From positions 70,184,001-70,248,000 of the forward strand of contig CM059435.1 of assembly GCA_030390025.1 (NCBI GenBank): DNA of 64,000 nucleotides. Reading direction: 5' to 3'. This DNA is from Squalus acanthias. Taxonomy: Eukaryota. The translations under genes were made by a program, and so were the position numbers. Under the pieces are notes generated by a model that was not told the origin of the DNA, searched no databases, and saw nothing but the letters and a program-made list of their open reading frames with translations. Below, piece after piece: positions 62,661-64,000 of the stretch (the first letter of the stretch is position 1; the number at the start of each line of letters is the position of its first letter).

Positions 62661-64000
62661 CTGAAAAGCAATTTGTCAAACATCAATAACAACATAAGAA
62701 TGTTTAGGTGCAATGAGCCTTTAAATAAAACAGCCGCTAGATGAACTTAATAAAGCTCTTACAACAACTTTGCTTAAAAATCACCCAACAGTTTTAGAGT
62801 TAGTCTTCCTCAGAGGCATTTTAGTCAGAATATAGTGTCCCAAATAAAGGTCATTCTTTAGAAATATGACTCTTATATAGTTTCGTTGTTAGAAACTTGT
62901 CTTCTGAATGATTCTCTGCAGCACCTTTTGTGGAGAATCATTCGGAGGAAATAATTAGCAGCAAACTACTGACACGTGCCTGTAGTTTGTATTTTGGAAT
63001 GTTGGGACTAGAATGGTCACCTGTAAGAATCTCGTCATAAGACAGAGAGGAATTCTCAGGAGTAAGTTCATTCACCCTCCAGTGTAGAAGTAAGTTTCAT
63101 TTTTACTGGTCTTTCATTGTTGAATTCTCAAATTTCAAGATAATTCTGAATCAATCGATTTTTCATTTGAAAATTCACAACCTTGCTGAATCTCCCCTCC
63201 CAGAACACAGTTATTCAAAATTTTACAATTCACAGTAGGAAGTCATTCGGCCCTTTGCGCCTGTGCTCGCTCCCCGAAAGGGCTATCCAATATATCCCAT
63301 TTCAATTTTTCTTTTGCAAAAGTTGATCAACTCCCTTTTAAGGGCTATTATTGATTCTGGTGGGGGTGGGGGCGGAGGAGGAGAAAAGACAGAGAAAATA
63401 AATAAATATCAAAAACTGATTTTATAAATATAAATCTGTATAGTCCTGGAAATTCTACCAGGCACCTTTAGTGTACTTGTCTGCCCCTGTTCTCCACATG
63501 CAAACACTCATTCATTCAGTGACACTGGATTGTAACTGGATATAACAAACATTACTTGCCATGTCAAACTGGCTCTTACTTGTGCAATTCCCAAAACACG
63601 AAGAAGAACTAGTTTGGATCTGCTTTAAACTTATTGTGCCTTTACAATCTCACGAGGAATAGAAAGTGCCTAGTATTGGCTTGCTGCAACAATCCAAAGT
63701 TGGCCCAAATTGGATCCAGTTCATTTTCAAAGGCAGTCTGAGCACAGTAGGAATGAGCATTCAAATAAATTTGGATTTCAGATTTGTACTGATAGACTAA
63801 ACCTTGAATTCCAAACAATTATCAATCAACCACCTAGAATGTGATGGTTGGGAACAGAAATAACTCGCTCTCTACCTTTTGAAGCTTCCTCTCCAGCCAA
63901 CACCCACCAAGTGAAAACTGGCATTGTGCATGCAGAGAGGAACAGAAATTGCTACACCTTTCCTTTTGTGGACAAGTACTGTGCTCCACCTCCCTTTTTT

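Overview
Vertebrate genomic DNA, almost certainly an elasmobranch (shark or ray): it carries an HE1-type V-SINE, tRNA-headed SINEs with L2 tails, and shark-type CR1 and Penelope elements. The window spans the convergent 3' ends of two genes. On + is the last coding exon of an unidentified gene (1827-2507) with an in-frame 9 x 42-bp VNTR. On - are the last two exons of a GON-domain ADAMTS (62556-62660 and 55058-55147), most like ADAMTS20; the ORF track misses both. Between and within the genes lies a transposon graveyard: about 13 CR1 pieces, L2 tails, SINEs, a full-length but decayed CsRn1-clade Gypsy LTR element (tRNA-Trp PBS, CHCC Gag), two solo LTRs, a hAT MITE, Penelope fragments with hammerhead ribozyme cores, and many PIF/Harbinger derivatives (transposase-only, spliced Myb-only, empty MITEs). 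Most interesting: the Penelope minimal hammerheads, the split Harbinger architecture, a SINE tail forming the pyrimidine tract of the ADAMTS terminal acceptor, and the TPPK-rich coding VNTR. All calls come from reading the sequence by eye; no searches were run.
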